Assembly (NCBI GenBank): GCA_945860405.1
Contig: CAMARC010000002.1
Location: 1 to 43,369, forward strand
Length of the DNA stretch: 43,369 bases
From: Candidatus Kuenenia stuttgartensis
GTDB lineage: Bacteria > Planctomycetota > Planctomycetia > Pirellulales > UBA1268
Direction of reading: 5' to 3'
Below the pieces are notes generated by a model, which did no database searches, had not been told where the DNA came from, and saw only the letters and a program-made list of their open reading frames with translations. The translations under genes were made by a program, and so were the position numbers. Below are positions 32,038 to 40,583 of the stretch, piece by piece. Positions within the stretch are counted from its first letter, which is position 1, and every line of letters begins with the position of its first letter.

Positions 32038-33873
32038 TCACAACGAGTTGGGATCGACCGCATCGTCCGCCGCTTTTCCAACCGCCGGCAGCGTCCCGAT
32101 ATCGACGGCCCAGATCGTGTCGGATTCCCCGAGAACACCGACCACGATGACCGCATCGCCGGGCTGGGCCATGGGGGCACTGCGGCTTAGGAACGACAGC
32201 CCATGGGGGGCCTCTCCTCCGACGGCGAGCCGCCCACCCCACCAGGGACCAACGGGGCGGACCGCTTCGAGCGTAGCGATGAGGATCGCCCCATCCGACG
32301 GGCGTTTTTCGCTGGCGAGCCACATGCTGCCGAGAAGCTCCAGATCGTTGTGACGATCGAGGGCCAACCTCGCGCGCAACTCGGCAAACCGATCGATGAC
32401 CTCGGAAGACGATTGGCCCGACTCGATCGCCGCCCGTTCCACCTTGGCCAATTCGAGCGCCACGAGGCTCAAACTCCGGTACCACAAGACGAGCGCCTGC
32501 TCGCGGGCAGCCGGATCCCCGCCGAAGGCTCCTTCGCCGAGCGTATCGGTGGCGCTGGTCGCCGCGTTGATCGCCGCCGTGACCGTGGCAAGATCGATCC
32601 CGGCCGACTCGTGCCCGGCTTCGATGCCCGCGCTCCCGGCGTCAACCAGCACCGGATCGACGACGATCTCCAGTTCCTCGATCGGCTGAGGCTGAGGCTG
32701 AGGCGAGGCGGGAAGCCCACTGCCGGCGAGTTCGGCCGCATCGGCGGGAGCGGGGGCCGGCGCGATCGCCCCCTCCACGAGCGCCCCCTCAACAGGGGCC
32801 GGGGTGGCAGCAGCGGGGGCGATGCTCGGTGCCGGCACCGGCTCTGCCGTGGTCGTGCCTTTGGCCGGCGGGGAAGAAATCTGATCGAGCGTCAACCTTC
32901 CGGGGCCACCGGTCGTCTTGTCGGTGCGTCTCTCCTCGCCGGCCGAGCGGAAACGGGACGGGAGGAGGAATCGAAGGCCGTTAGGCACCTTCGGGGTGAT
33001 CTGGAGGGGATCACGCTGAAACCCGAACAGGAGAATCGCCAGCGTGACGGGGATCGCCAGCACGCCCCCGATCACCACGCCGACCATCTGCCCCAATCCC
33101 CCGCCTGCTCGCTTCGAGCGCGGTCCCGACGTCACAATCGCACCGGAGGCGACAGCGGGGGGCAGGGCTGCCGAGAGCGCCCCGACGTCGATCGTTTCGC
33201 CTTGGGATTCGTCGATCCCCTGCGAGTCTCCGTGGTAGGAGTCCGCGACTGCGGGATCGACAACCTCCGCTTCACCAACGAACGCGCCGAATCCGATCGA
33301 CTCCGACGGCAGGTCATCACGCACTGTCGCGACGATGTCACGCCACTCATCCGCGGCCTTCTCGCCGCCGGAGTGGAGTTCCTCCTCGGGCAACGGATCT
33401 GTCCCGGCCGGCCAGACGGGCTCATCCTCTGGAACCTCTGTGGCAAGCGTGCGGACCGCACGCTCCTCCGGTGGGCTGACCGACGAACCGACATCGCTCG
33501 GCGACGCGATACCCGATTGGCCGGTGCCGATCTGCACCCGAGAGGCGTGAGAAACGCCCGACGCCTCGGGATCGTCTTCGGAGGTGGTCACGGCAAGAGG
33601 GTCGGGGCCGACATCGATGGCAACATCGAGGTCGGCCGGTCCCTCGAGCCAGCCTTCCGGCATTCCATCGACACGGGAACGCTCCTCTTCGGAGGTCTCT
33701 CCGATGCCGACCCGCGCGTCATCGATCCCGAGTTCGAAGCGATCGGCATCCGTGGGCTCGATGCTTTCCCAAGCCTCCGCAGATGCCCGGTCAGTCAGGG
33801 AGTCATCCCCGGCCGACGGGGCCGGAGTGATGTCATCCCCTTCGGGCACCGGTCGGTCGTTCTCGAAAGTCAT
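32038..33873 (-). CDS. Hypothetical single-pass membrane protein with a highly acidic N-terminal half, ~611 aa
   Basis: ORF 32038..33939 opens with a GTG. I prefer the ATG ending at 33873 (MTFENDRP), preceded by GGAGGGGG. About 270 aa are rich in Asp/Glu. One TM helix (MVGVVIGGVLAIPVTLAILLFGF). Pro/Ala linker with PQPQPQP. A C-terminal ~190-aa globular-looking region. No family recognised. The gene ends 35 nt upstream of the amidase start, same strand. Confidence 0.55.
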   Translation of the reverse strand: MTFENDRPVPEGDDITPAPSAGDDSLTDRASAEAWESIEPTDADRFELGIDDARVGIGETSEEERSRVDGMPEGWLEGPADLDVAIDVGPDPLAVTTSEDDPEASGVSHASRVQIGTGQSGIASPSDVGSSVSPPEERAVRTLATEVPEDEPVWPAGTDPLPEEELHSGGEKAADEWRDIVATVRDDLPSESIGFGAFVGEAEVVDPAVADSYHGDSQGIDESQGETIDVGALSAALPPAVASGAIVTSGPRSKRAGGGLGQMVGVVIGGVLAIPVTLAILLFGFQRDPLQITPKVPNGLRFLLPSRFRSAGEERRTDKTTGGPGRLTLDQISSPPAKGTTTAEPVPAPSIAPAAATPAPVEGALVEGAIAPAPAPADAAELAGSGLPASPQPQPQPIEELEIVVDPVLVDAGSAGIEAGHESAGIDLATVTAAINAATSATDTLGEGAFGGDPAAREQALVLWYRSLSLVALELAKVERAAIESGQSSSEVIDRFAELRARLALDRHNDLELLGSMWLASEKRPSDGAILIATLEAVRPVGPWWGGRLAVGGEAPHGLSFLSRSAPMAQPGDAVIVVGVLGESDTIWAVDIGTLPAVGKAADDAVDPNSL

Positions 33874-34069
33874 CGCCCCCTCCAGCCGCTTGTGATCGGC
33901 GATCCACACGGGGGGACGGGGCGTCCCGGGTGGGGCCACACGCCACCAAGACCACCGGATCGATCGCCTTCATCCCACCCACTTTCGTTTCGATTGTACC
34001 ACCGGGTCCAAGGCTCAACTGTCCCGGTCTGGAGGCATTCCATGCCGCTGATCAAGGGGCCGGTCGAGG

Positions 34070-35638
34070 TCACGACGGGGGCAACGTCTCCAGGCCGTGG
34101 GCCGGTCCGTAGCGGGCCCACAGACTCTCCACCAGCCACCGCTCCGAGACAGGCCGACCCGTGGCCCCGGAAACGAGCGGTCCGGGATCGATCAGTCGCC
34201 CGTGCTTGTGAACCCGCTCCCGGAGCCATTCCAGAAGCGGGCCGAACCTCCCAGCGGTGATGGCTGCGGGGAGATCGGGCAGATCGGTCTCGACCGCGGC
34301 CATCATCTGTGCGGAGTAGACGTTCCCGAGGGTGTAGGTGGGGAAATAGCCGATCAATCCGGCGCTCCAGTGGATGTCTTGGAGAACCCCTTCGGCCGCG
34401 GTGGCCGGGCGGATCCCGAAGTCCTGTTCGAATCGCTCGTCCCAGGCGACCGGAAGATCGGCCACGGCGAGCTCCCCACGGATGAGGGCCCGCTCGAGAT
34501 CGAAGCGGAGCATGATGTGAAGATTGTAGGTCACCTCGTCAGCCTCGACGCGGATCAGCGACGGACGGACGACGAGCAACGACCGCTGGACTTCCTCGGG
34601 GGATGCGTCCGACAGCGCCTCCGGGAACATCCTCCTGGCCAGCGGCAGGCACCATTCCCAGAATGGGAGCGAGCGACCGACGAGATTCTCCCAGAGCCGT
34701 GATTGAGACTCGTGAACGCCAAGCGAGGCCGCCTCGCCACCCGGAAGTCCGAACGCATCGGACCGCAGACCCTGTTCGTAAAGCCCATGACCGGCCTCGT
34801 GGAGCACGCCGAACAGGGCGGTGGGAAGATACGACTCGTCCCAGCGCGTGGTGAGTCGGCAGTCGTGCGGCCCGGTCGTGCTACAAAACGGGTGCTCCGA
34901 GGTGTCGATCCGCCCACGAGCGAAGTCGAAGCCGATTTTCTCGGCCACCATCCGGACGAACGATTCCTGGGCTGCGCGGGGAAAATGCTGCCGCAGCAGG
35001 TCGTCCCGCGGAGGGCACCTCGATCCACGACACGCCCGGACAAGGGCCACGATCCCCGGGCGCAACCGGTCGAAGAGCGCCGAGACGTCGCTCGACCGGG
35101 CGCCTGGTTCGTGGTCGTCGAGGAGGGCGTCGTAGGGATCGAGGTCGGGCGACTGACAGGTTGCCTGCTCCCGCTTCAGCCTCACAAGGCGGGCGAGGTG
35201 CGGGGCGAATCCCTTCCAGTCCGAATGCCGTCGGGCTTCGACCCACGCCTGCTGGCCATCGATGCAGGCCCGCGCGATCTCCTCCACCAGCCGCGCGGGC
35301 AGTCGGAGTTGCTTGCGGAGGTCGCAGAGAAGGCGGAGGACGGTGACACGCTCCTCGTCGCTCCAGTCGCCCTCGCCCCCCTCCATCGAGGTGGCGAGCC
35401 GTTCGAGGCGATCCCGCTGCGCCGGCTCGGTGCGGGCCGTGTGAACCAAGGAAGCGACGGCAGCCGCCTGGTCGGCGCGGTACGCCCCGCCAGCCGGCGG
35501 CAACATCGTCTGCTCGTCCCAGCCGAGGAGCGATTCGACCGAGGCCAGCACCGCCGTCCGCCGTGCGTGGGCGGCCGCGGCGACATACTCGGAGCGAAGA
35601 TCGGGGGGAGACCTGCGGGGTTCGTCTGAGGTGGGCAT
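34070..35638 (-). CDS. M32 family (Taq-type) metallocarboxypeptidase, ~522 aa
   Basis: HEAGHGLYEQG (HExxH), GVHESQSRLWEN, IRVEADEVTYNLHI and GVLQDIHWS form the motif set of peptidase family M32. The start is ambiguous between the ATG ending at 35689 and the one ending at 35638. I chose the latter because it leaves 77 nt to the divergent gene. Confidence 0.85.
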   Translation of the reverse strand: MPTSDEPRRSPPDLRSEYVAAAAHARRTAVLASVESLLGWDEQTMLPPAGGAYRADQAAAVASLVHTARTEPAQRDRLERLATSMEGGEGDWSDEERVTVLRLLCDLRKQLRLPARLVEEIARACIDGQQAWVEARRHSDWKGFAPHLARLVRLKREQATCQSPDLDPYDALLDDHEPGARSSDVSALFDRLRPGIVALVRACRGSRCPPRDDLLRQHFPRAAQESFVRMVAEKIGFDFARGRIDTSEHPFCSTTGPHDCRLTTRWDESYLPTALFGVLHEAGHGLYEQGLRSDAFGLPGGEAASLGVHESQSRLWENLVGRSLPFWEWCLPLARRMFPEALSDASPEEVQRSLLVVRPSLIRVEADEVTYNLHIMLRFDLERALIRGELAVADLPVAWDERFEQDFGIRPATAAEGVLQDIHWSAGLIGYFPTYTLGNVYSAQMMAAVETDLPDLPAAITAGRFGPLLEWLRERVHKHGRLIDPGPLVSGATGRPVSERWLVESLWARYGPAHGLETLPPS

Positions 35639-35715
35639 GGGGGGAGAGTATGCTCCCGGGGACACCCCTGACAACCGGCCCCGTGCCATTCATCCAGGCC
35701 CCCGTGGAAGTTCCC

Positions 35716-36417
35716 ATGCTCGACGCCCTCGTCATCGCCCCCCATCCCGACGATGCTGAACTCGGCATGGGGGGCACCATCGCGCTCATGCTTGCCCGCG
35801 GGCTGCGCGTCGGCGTCCTCGATCTCACCGATGGTGAACCGACGCCGCGGGGCACGACCGAGATCCGTGCCCGGGAGACCGCCGCCGCCACCGATGTGCT
35901 CGGGATCCCGTGGCGGGAGAATCTCGGCCTCCCCAACCGTCGTCTCCGGGCCACGCTCGCCGCCCGTGCCAGCCTTGCCGCCACGATCCGCCGCACCCGC
36001 CCGAGATGGCTGTTCTCACCACACTGGGTGGACGCCCACCCTGACCACGTCGCCGCCACCCGCCTCGTCGATGCGGCGCGATTCTGGGCAAAACTCACGA
36101 AATGCGACCTGCCTGGTGAACCGTGGCATCCGTCGCGCGTCTACCACTACTCGTGCGTCCACCTCAAAGTGCTGCTCCGTCCGGCGTTCATCGTCGACAT
36201 CAGCTCAACCTGGGATCTCAAGGCCCGAAGTCTCGCCTGCTACGCCAGCCAATTCCCCCCTCCGTCCTCCTCCTCCCCGACCATGTCCCCGCCGACAGTG
36301 CTTGAAAACGTCGACGCCGCGGCGCGGTGGTGGGGCTCGATGATCGGCGTGGCCCGCGGCGAGCCGTTCACCTCCCGCGAACCGATTGGACTGCGTGGTT
36401 TCGGGGATCTTTTCTGA
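35716..36417 (+). CDS. PIG-L/LmbE family N-acetylglucosaminyl deacetylase (BshB-like), 233 aa
   Basis: Start at MLDALVIAPHPDDAELGMGGTIA (ATG at 35716). A HPDH motif appears later (WVDAHPDHVAA). The ORF extends upstream to 35563, but that part has no family-like sequence. Confidence 0.8.
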   Translation: MLDALVIAPHPDDAELGMGGTIALMLARGLRVGVLDLTDGEPTPRGTTEIRARETAAATDVLGIPWRENLGLPNRRLRATLAARASLAATIRRTRPRWLFSPHWVDAHPDHVAATRLVDAARFWAKLTKCDLPGEPWHPSRVYHYSCVHLKVLLRPAFIVDISSTWDLKARSLACYASQFPPPSSSSPTMSPPTVLENVDAAARWWGSMIGVARGEPFTSREPIGLRGFGDLF

Positions 36418-36637
36418 CGCCTTCCTGAGGCTGCCGACGTCGGATCGGCCCCTCGGGCAAACTGCGCCGGCAAGCGCTGCGGAGGGGAGACGGGAGTGCC
36501 GCCGGGACTTGGCCGGATGGGAGCGATTCGAGGGGCGAACGACGGAATCGTACGGCTCACGGTGGCCCCGGGCCGATACCCACAGTGCGGTCGCATGCGC
36601 GTCCGCCGCCGCTCCCTCGGCCCACAGGGTCTTCACC

Positions 36638-36871
36638 ATGCCCGCCCGAGACATCAACGTCATGGCCCTGGTCAAGGGGGGCGAACGGTACGTCTTCCTG
36701 TACGACGACGAAAGCCGTGCCGAAGCCCTTCGCACCCTCGGCCGCTTCGCTTCCGATCCAGAGTTGAGCTTCACGTGGCACGACGCCGCCGTCCTCGGCG
36801 AGAAGGTCCGCCACGCCGCGCCGCGGGTCAATCGGGTGCGTTTCGTGCCCCCGGCCGACCGGACGGCCTGA
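36638..36871 (+). CDS. Small hypothetical protein, 77 aa
   Basis: ATG at 36638 (MPARDINVMALVKGGERYVFLYDDESRAEALRTLGRFASDPELSFTWHDAAVLGEKV...). Globular-looking composition. Ends 24 nt before xerC on the same strand. The upstream part of ORF 36386..36871 looks non-coding. Confidence 0.45.
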   Translation: MPARDINVMALVKGGERYVFLYDDESRAEALRTLGRFASDPELSFTWHDAAVLGEKVRHAAPRVNRVRFVPPADRTA

Positions 36872-36895
36872 TCGCTCCCCCGGGCAGGGATCCCG

Positions 36896-37822
36896 ATGCC
36901 CACACCGCCACCTGATGCCACCGCCGGATTCATGCCGGTGATCGATCGCTTCCTCGGGGCCATGGTCGCCGAACGGGGCTGCTCCCCCTTCACCGTCAAA
37001 AGCTACCGAGAGGATCTCCTCCAGTTGGCGGAGTTCCTCGCCTCGGCCGGCTGTCGCAGCCCCGGCGATGCAACGAGCACGATCCTGCGGCGATTCGCCG
37101 GCGGACTCCACGCGGCCGGCTACGCCTCGGCGACGGTGGCGAGGAAGCTGGCAAGCACCCGCAGCTTCTACGCTTTCGGTCAGCGCGAGGGATGGGTGCG
37201 GACGAATCCCGCCAAGCCGCTGCGGGGTCCGAAACGGGCGCGAAAGCTCCCCAAGTTTCTCACTGGCGAGGAAATCGGCCGCCTCCTTGCCGCCCCCCAA
37301 CCGAAGGCCACCGGCGGGCTCCGCGATCGGGCGATCCTCGAGCTGATGTATTCAGCGGGGCTCCGCGTCCGCGAACTCGTCGGCGTCGACGACACCGACC
37401 TCGACCTCCGCGGCGGCACGGTGAGGGTTCGCGGCAAGGGACGCCGGGAGCGTCTGGGAATCGTCGGGCGCCACGCTCAGCGCGCGGTCGAAGCCTGGCT
37501 CGCTTCCCGTCCCCGCCCGAGAGGCCCAGCCGCCGCCCGTGTTCAGCCGTTGTTCACCAATCGGTTCGGAACGCGGCTCTCGGTGCGAGGCGTTGCCCGG
37601 CTTCTCGAGAAACATCTCCTCACGGCCGGGCTCGCCGGACGGGCCAGCCCCCACACCCTGCGTCACAGTTTCGCCACTCATCTGCTCGACGCAGGAGCGG
37701 ACATCCGCAGCGTCCAAGAGCTCCTTGGGCACAAGAGCCTCGTCACCACGCAGATCTACACCCACGTGACGACCACGCGTCTTCTCGACGCGTTCGACAA
37801 AGCCCATCCCCGCGCCCGCTAG
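36896..37822 (+). CDS. xerC: Tyrosine site-specific recombinase, XerC/XerD family, 308 aa
   Basis: N-terminal SAM-like core-binding domain (FLGAMVAERGCSPFTVKSYREDLLQLAEFL). Catalytic region AILELMYSAGLRVRELVGV...HTLRHSFATHLLDAGADIRSVQELLGHKSLVTTQIYTHV, carrying the R..HxxR..Y residues. XerC versus XerD cannot be settled by eye. Confidence 0.85.
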   Translation: MPTPPPDATAGFMPVIDRFLGAMVAERGCSPFTVKSYREDLLQLAEFLASAGCRSPGDATSTILRRFAGGLHAAGYASATVARKLASTRSFYAFGQREGWVRTNPAKPLRGPKRARKLPKFLTGEEIGRLLAAPQPKATGGLRDRAILELMYSAGLRVRELVGVDDTDLDLRGGTVRVRGKGRRERLGIVGRHAQRAVEAWLASRPRPRGPAAARVQPLFTNRFGTRLSVRGVARLLEKHLLTAGLAGRASPHTLRHSFATHLLDAGADIRSVQELLGHKSLVTTQIYTHVTTTRLLDAFDKAHPRAR

Positions 37823-37843
37823 CAGGCCGTGGCCAGCGAAGGT

Positions 37844-38476
37844 TCAGACGAGGCCCCGGCGCACGGCCCACACGGCCGCCTGCGTCCGATCGGTGACGGC
37901 GATCTTGCGGAGGATGTTTTGGACATGCTCCTTCACCGTCTCGACGCTGATCGTCAGCGATTGGGCGATCTCCTTGTTGGAGAGCCCCAGGGCCATGTGG
38001 CGGAGAACCTGCGTTTCACGCTGCGTGAGGGGGATATCGGGATCGGGCGTGGCTACCCGGTTGGCCATCGTCGTGGCCACGCGGCGCAACTCGCCAGCAC
38101 GGGCCGGGAGTTGACCAGCTGCGGCCCCGGTTATCGCGGCGATGATTTCGCTCCGCGAGGCCCCCTTGAGGATGTAGTCGTGGGCCCCAGCGGCCACCGC
38201 GCGGGCCACGTAAGTCGGATTGTCGAACGTCGAGAGCATCACCACCCGGACGGTGGGCAGATCGGCCCGGATCTTCTCGAGGGCCGCCAAGCCATCCTTT
38301 CCCGGCATACGGATGTCGAGGAGCACGACATCGGGCTTGAGCTTCTTGGCCAGTTTCACCGCCTCGTCGCCGTTGGAAGCCTCGCCCAGAATCTTGACCT
38401 CGGAGCCGGCAAGCAGGCTGGCGAGACCGCGGCGAACCACTTCATGGTCATCGGCGATGAGGACTTTGACTGACAT
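37844..38476 (-). CDS. NarL/FixJ-family response regulator (REC + LuxR-type HTH), ~210 aa
   Basis: Preferred start at MSVKVLIADDHEVVRRGL (ATG ending at 38476). DVVLLDIRMPGKDG. C-terminal LTQRETQVLRHMALGLSNKEIAQSLTISVETVKEHVQNILRKI. Confidence 0.9.
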   Translation of the reverse strand: MSVKVLIADDHEVVRRGLASLLAGSEVKILGEASNGDEAVKLAKKLKPDVVLLDIRMPGKDGLAALEKIRADLPTVRVVMLSTFDNPTYVARAVAAGAHDYILKGASRSEIIAAITGAAAGQLPARAGELRRVATTMANRVATPDPDIPLTQRETQVLRHMALGLSNKEIAQSLTISVETVKEHVQNILRKIAVTDRTQAAVWAVRRGLV

Positions 38477-38630
38477 GCTCTCTGGGCTCCTTCGATGATG
38501 TGACACAACTTCGGTGTATGTTGCATCGTAGCTCCATTGCCTGCGAGCTACAACGATGAGGACGAAGCTCCCCTCACACGACGTATTTTACCCCGCTAGG
38601 GAGCCAGAAACAATGAACAAAGCCTTCGGC

Positions 38631-39587
38631 CTACCCCTGCCGGAGCCGCCCCTCGGCTTCGCGTCCCAGGGCGAGCAGGTCGTCGGCCCCCAGCCGGCGC
38701 AGGTCTTCGGCCACCCTCCGGCCGAGTTCCTCCGGTGTCTCGGCGGCGCCAGCAACGGCCCGGGCCTCGATCGTCGCGATCCCTGCGCCGTTCGGTCCGA
38801 GGACGCAGGCACCGAGGTGGAGGAGATCTCCTTCGAATCGGGCCCAGGCGCCCACTGGCGCCAAGCATCCACCCGCCAGAGCCGCCAAACAGGCACGCTC
38901 GGCACGCACCGCCGCGTGGGATGACGGATCATCGATTGCACTGACCACGGCCGCCATCCGCGGATCTCCACTGCGGATCTGCACGACGAGGGCTCCCTGG
39001 GCAACGGCGGGCCAGAAAGCGTCGGGACGGAGCACCTCGGTGATCCGCTGCTCCAAACCGAGACGCCCGAGGCCAGCGGCCGCGAGGATCAAGCCGTCAC
39101 ACACCCCCTCGTCGAGTTGGCGGAGACGGGTGTCGACATTGCCGCGGACCGATCGGACCTCGAGGTCGGGACGGCGGGCCCGGAGTTGCATGACACGGCG
39201 GACGCTTGAGGTCCCCACGACGGCTCGGGGCGGCAGTTGGTCGATCGTCGGCGCCGCACGCCCCACGAACGCGTCGAAGGGGGACGCCCGGAGGGGAACG
39301 CAGGCCAATTCGAGGCCCGGCGTGACGGCAGTGGGGAGGTCTTTGAAACTGTGGACCGCCGCATCGATCCGCCCGTCGAGGAGGGCACGCTCGAGTTCGC
39401 GAACGAACACCCCGTCCCCCCCCCGGATACCGGCGATCGGGACATCGGTGACGACGTCGCCCCGGGTGGAGACGAGTTCGACCGACACTTCGTGCCCGCG
39501 GGCCCGGAACTGGTCAACCACCCACCCTGTCTGCGTCCGCGCCAGCGCACTTCCCCTCGTCCCGACGCGGATCTCCGTCCGTTCCAT
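38631..39587 (-). CDS. hemC: Hydroxymethylbilane synthase (porphobilinogen deaminase), 318 aa
   Basis: IRVGTRGSALARTQ, AVHSFKDLP, RGNVDTRL and the cofactor Cys context LAGGCLAPVGA. Confidence 0.92.
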   Translation of the reverse strand: MERTEIRVGTRGSALARTQTGWVVDQFRARGHEVSVELVSTRGDVVTDVPIAGIRGGDGVFVRELERALLDGRIDAAVHSFKDLPTAVTPGLELACVPLRASPFDAFVGRAAPTIDQLPPRAVVGTSSVRRVMQLRARRPDLEVRSVRGNVDTRLRQLDEGVCDGLILAAAGLGRLGLEQRITEVLRPDAFWPAVAQGALVVQIRSGDPRMAAVVSAIDDPSSHAAVRAERACLAALAGGCLAPVGAWARFEGDLLHLGACVLGPNGAGIATIEARAVAGAAETPEELGRRVAEDLRRLGADDLLALGREAEGRLRQG

Positions 39588-39659
39588 CGCATATCCCTCG
39601 TGCTCGGCGCCTCCCTCGCGGCGCAGTGGTCGACATTTCAGGGCACCAGCCCGGTCTTC

Positions 39660-40454
39660 TCAATCGTCCCCGTCATGATCGGCCCGGGCAATGACGGCGA
39701 CATGAACGGCGGCGGCCCCTGCCTTCGACAGCGCCCGGCGACAGGCCGACAGCGTACCACCGGTGGTGACCACATCGTCGACAAGGAGCACCCGCATCCC
39801 GGCAACCCCGCGGCGCCGGCCGCCGAAGGCATCGCGAACGTTGGCCCGCCGCTCCCCGAACGGGAGGCGGTTTTGCATCACCGTGGCCCGGGTACGCCGC
39901 AGCAACCGGCGCATCGGAAGCCCCGACAGCCCCCCCAACCGCCCGGCGATGACCTCCGCCGCACTCGTGCCGCGCACGACCCGACGCCACCAGTGCATCG
40001 GCACCGGCACGACGACGTCCGGCTTCCAGGAGGCTATTGTTGCGGCGTGGTGGCGGTGAAGGAGCGTGGCGAGCGCTGCAGCGACGTCATCGCCGCGGGG
40101 ATGCTTCGCGCGGAGCACCGCGTCCCGGAGCAGTCCGCCATACCCCCCCAGCACGACGATCCCGTCCCAGTCCCGACACCGCCCCCGACATGACCGGCAC
40201 TGTCCTGTCTCCCCACCCTGCCCACACGCCAGACAGCGTGGGCCACCAGCCGTGAGTTCACCGACACATCCCCGGCAGAGCGGAAGCGGCCTCACCCATC
40301 CCGTCACCTCCGTTGGGGCGGGCCCCTGCTCCGCCGACGGTGCCACATCCCCCTCTCTCTGGCAGAGGACGCAGCGGGGGGGAAAGAGCAGGTCGATCGC
40401 GGGGCCTGCCCAGGCCCCACGCTGCCGCTCCAGCCAAGTCCGAAGCCGTGTCAT
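39660..40454 (-). CDS. comF: ComF-family phosphoribosyltransferase-like protein, 264 aa
   Basis: C-terminal part of ORF 39660..41936. Start at MTRLRTWLE (ATG ending at 40454). N-terminal Cys pairs (CVLC, CRGC, CLAC, CRSC). PRTase motif VLLVDDVVTTGGTL. The upstream ORF extension is antisense to the lptF/G-family gene. Confidence 0.8.
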   Translation of the reverse strand: MTRLRTWLERQRGAWAGPAIDLLFPPRCVLCQREGDVAPSAEQGPAPTEVTGWVRPLPLCRGCVGELTAGGPRCLACGQGGETGQCRSCRGRCRDWDGIVVLGGYGGLLRDAVLRAKHPRGDDVAAALATLLHRHHAATIASWKPDVVVPVPMHWWRRVVRGTSAAEVIAGRLGGLSGLPMRRLLRRTRATVMQNRLPFGERRANVRDAFGGRRRGVAGMRVLLVDDVVTTGGTLSACRRALSKAGAAAVHVAVIARADHDGDD

Positions 40455-40583
40455 CGCCGCGGAAATCCCGTATTGAGCCAGGTTGACGCTGTTTCCGGGC
40501 CGCCCTATCCTCCGCCCCTCCGCCCGGTCCCAGGCTTCCGCTGCCGGGCCATTCCCCCGCCGTCCGCAAACGCCAGGCCCGGC

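Noticed and set aside
32203-34260. 685-aa plus-strand ORF.
   Set aside because: Antisense to the acidic membrane protein gene and the end of the M32 peptidase. Very Arg/Gly-rich. The minus-strand reading has a proper SD, a TM helix and domain-like composition. Confidence in this rejection is somewhat lower, because the minus-strand gene is itself only hypothetical.
39416-39424. C9/G9 homopolymer inside hemC (similar 7-8-nt runs occur in aceF near 6515 and 6668, and in the amidase near 30968) as possible frameshift or pseudogene sites.
   Set aside because: All reading frames are intact across the runs (e.g. hemC reads GIRGGDGVF). They encode Gly/Pro codons that are expected at this GC content.
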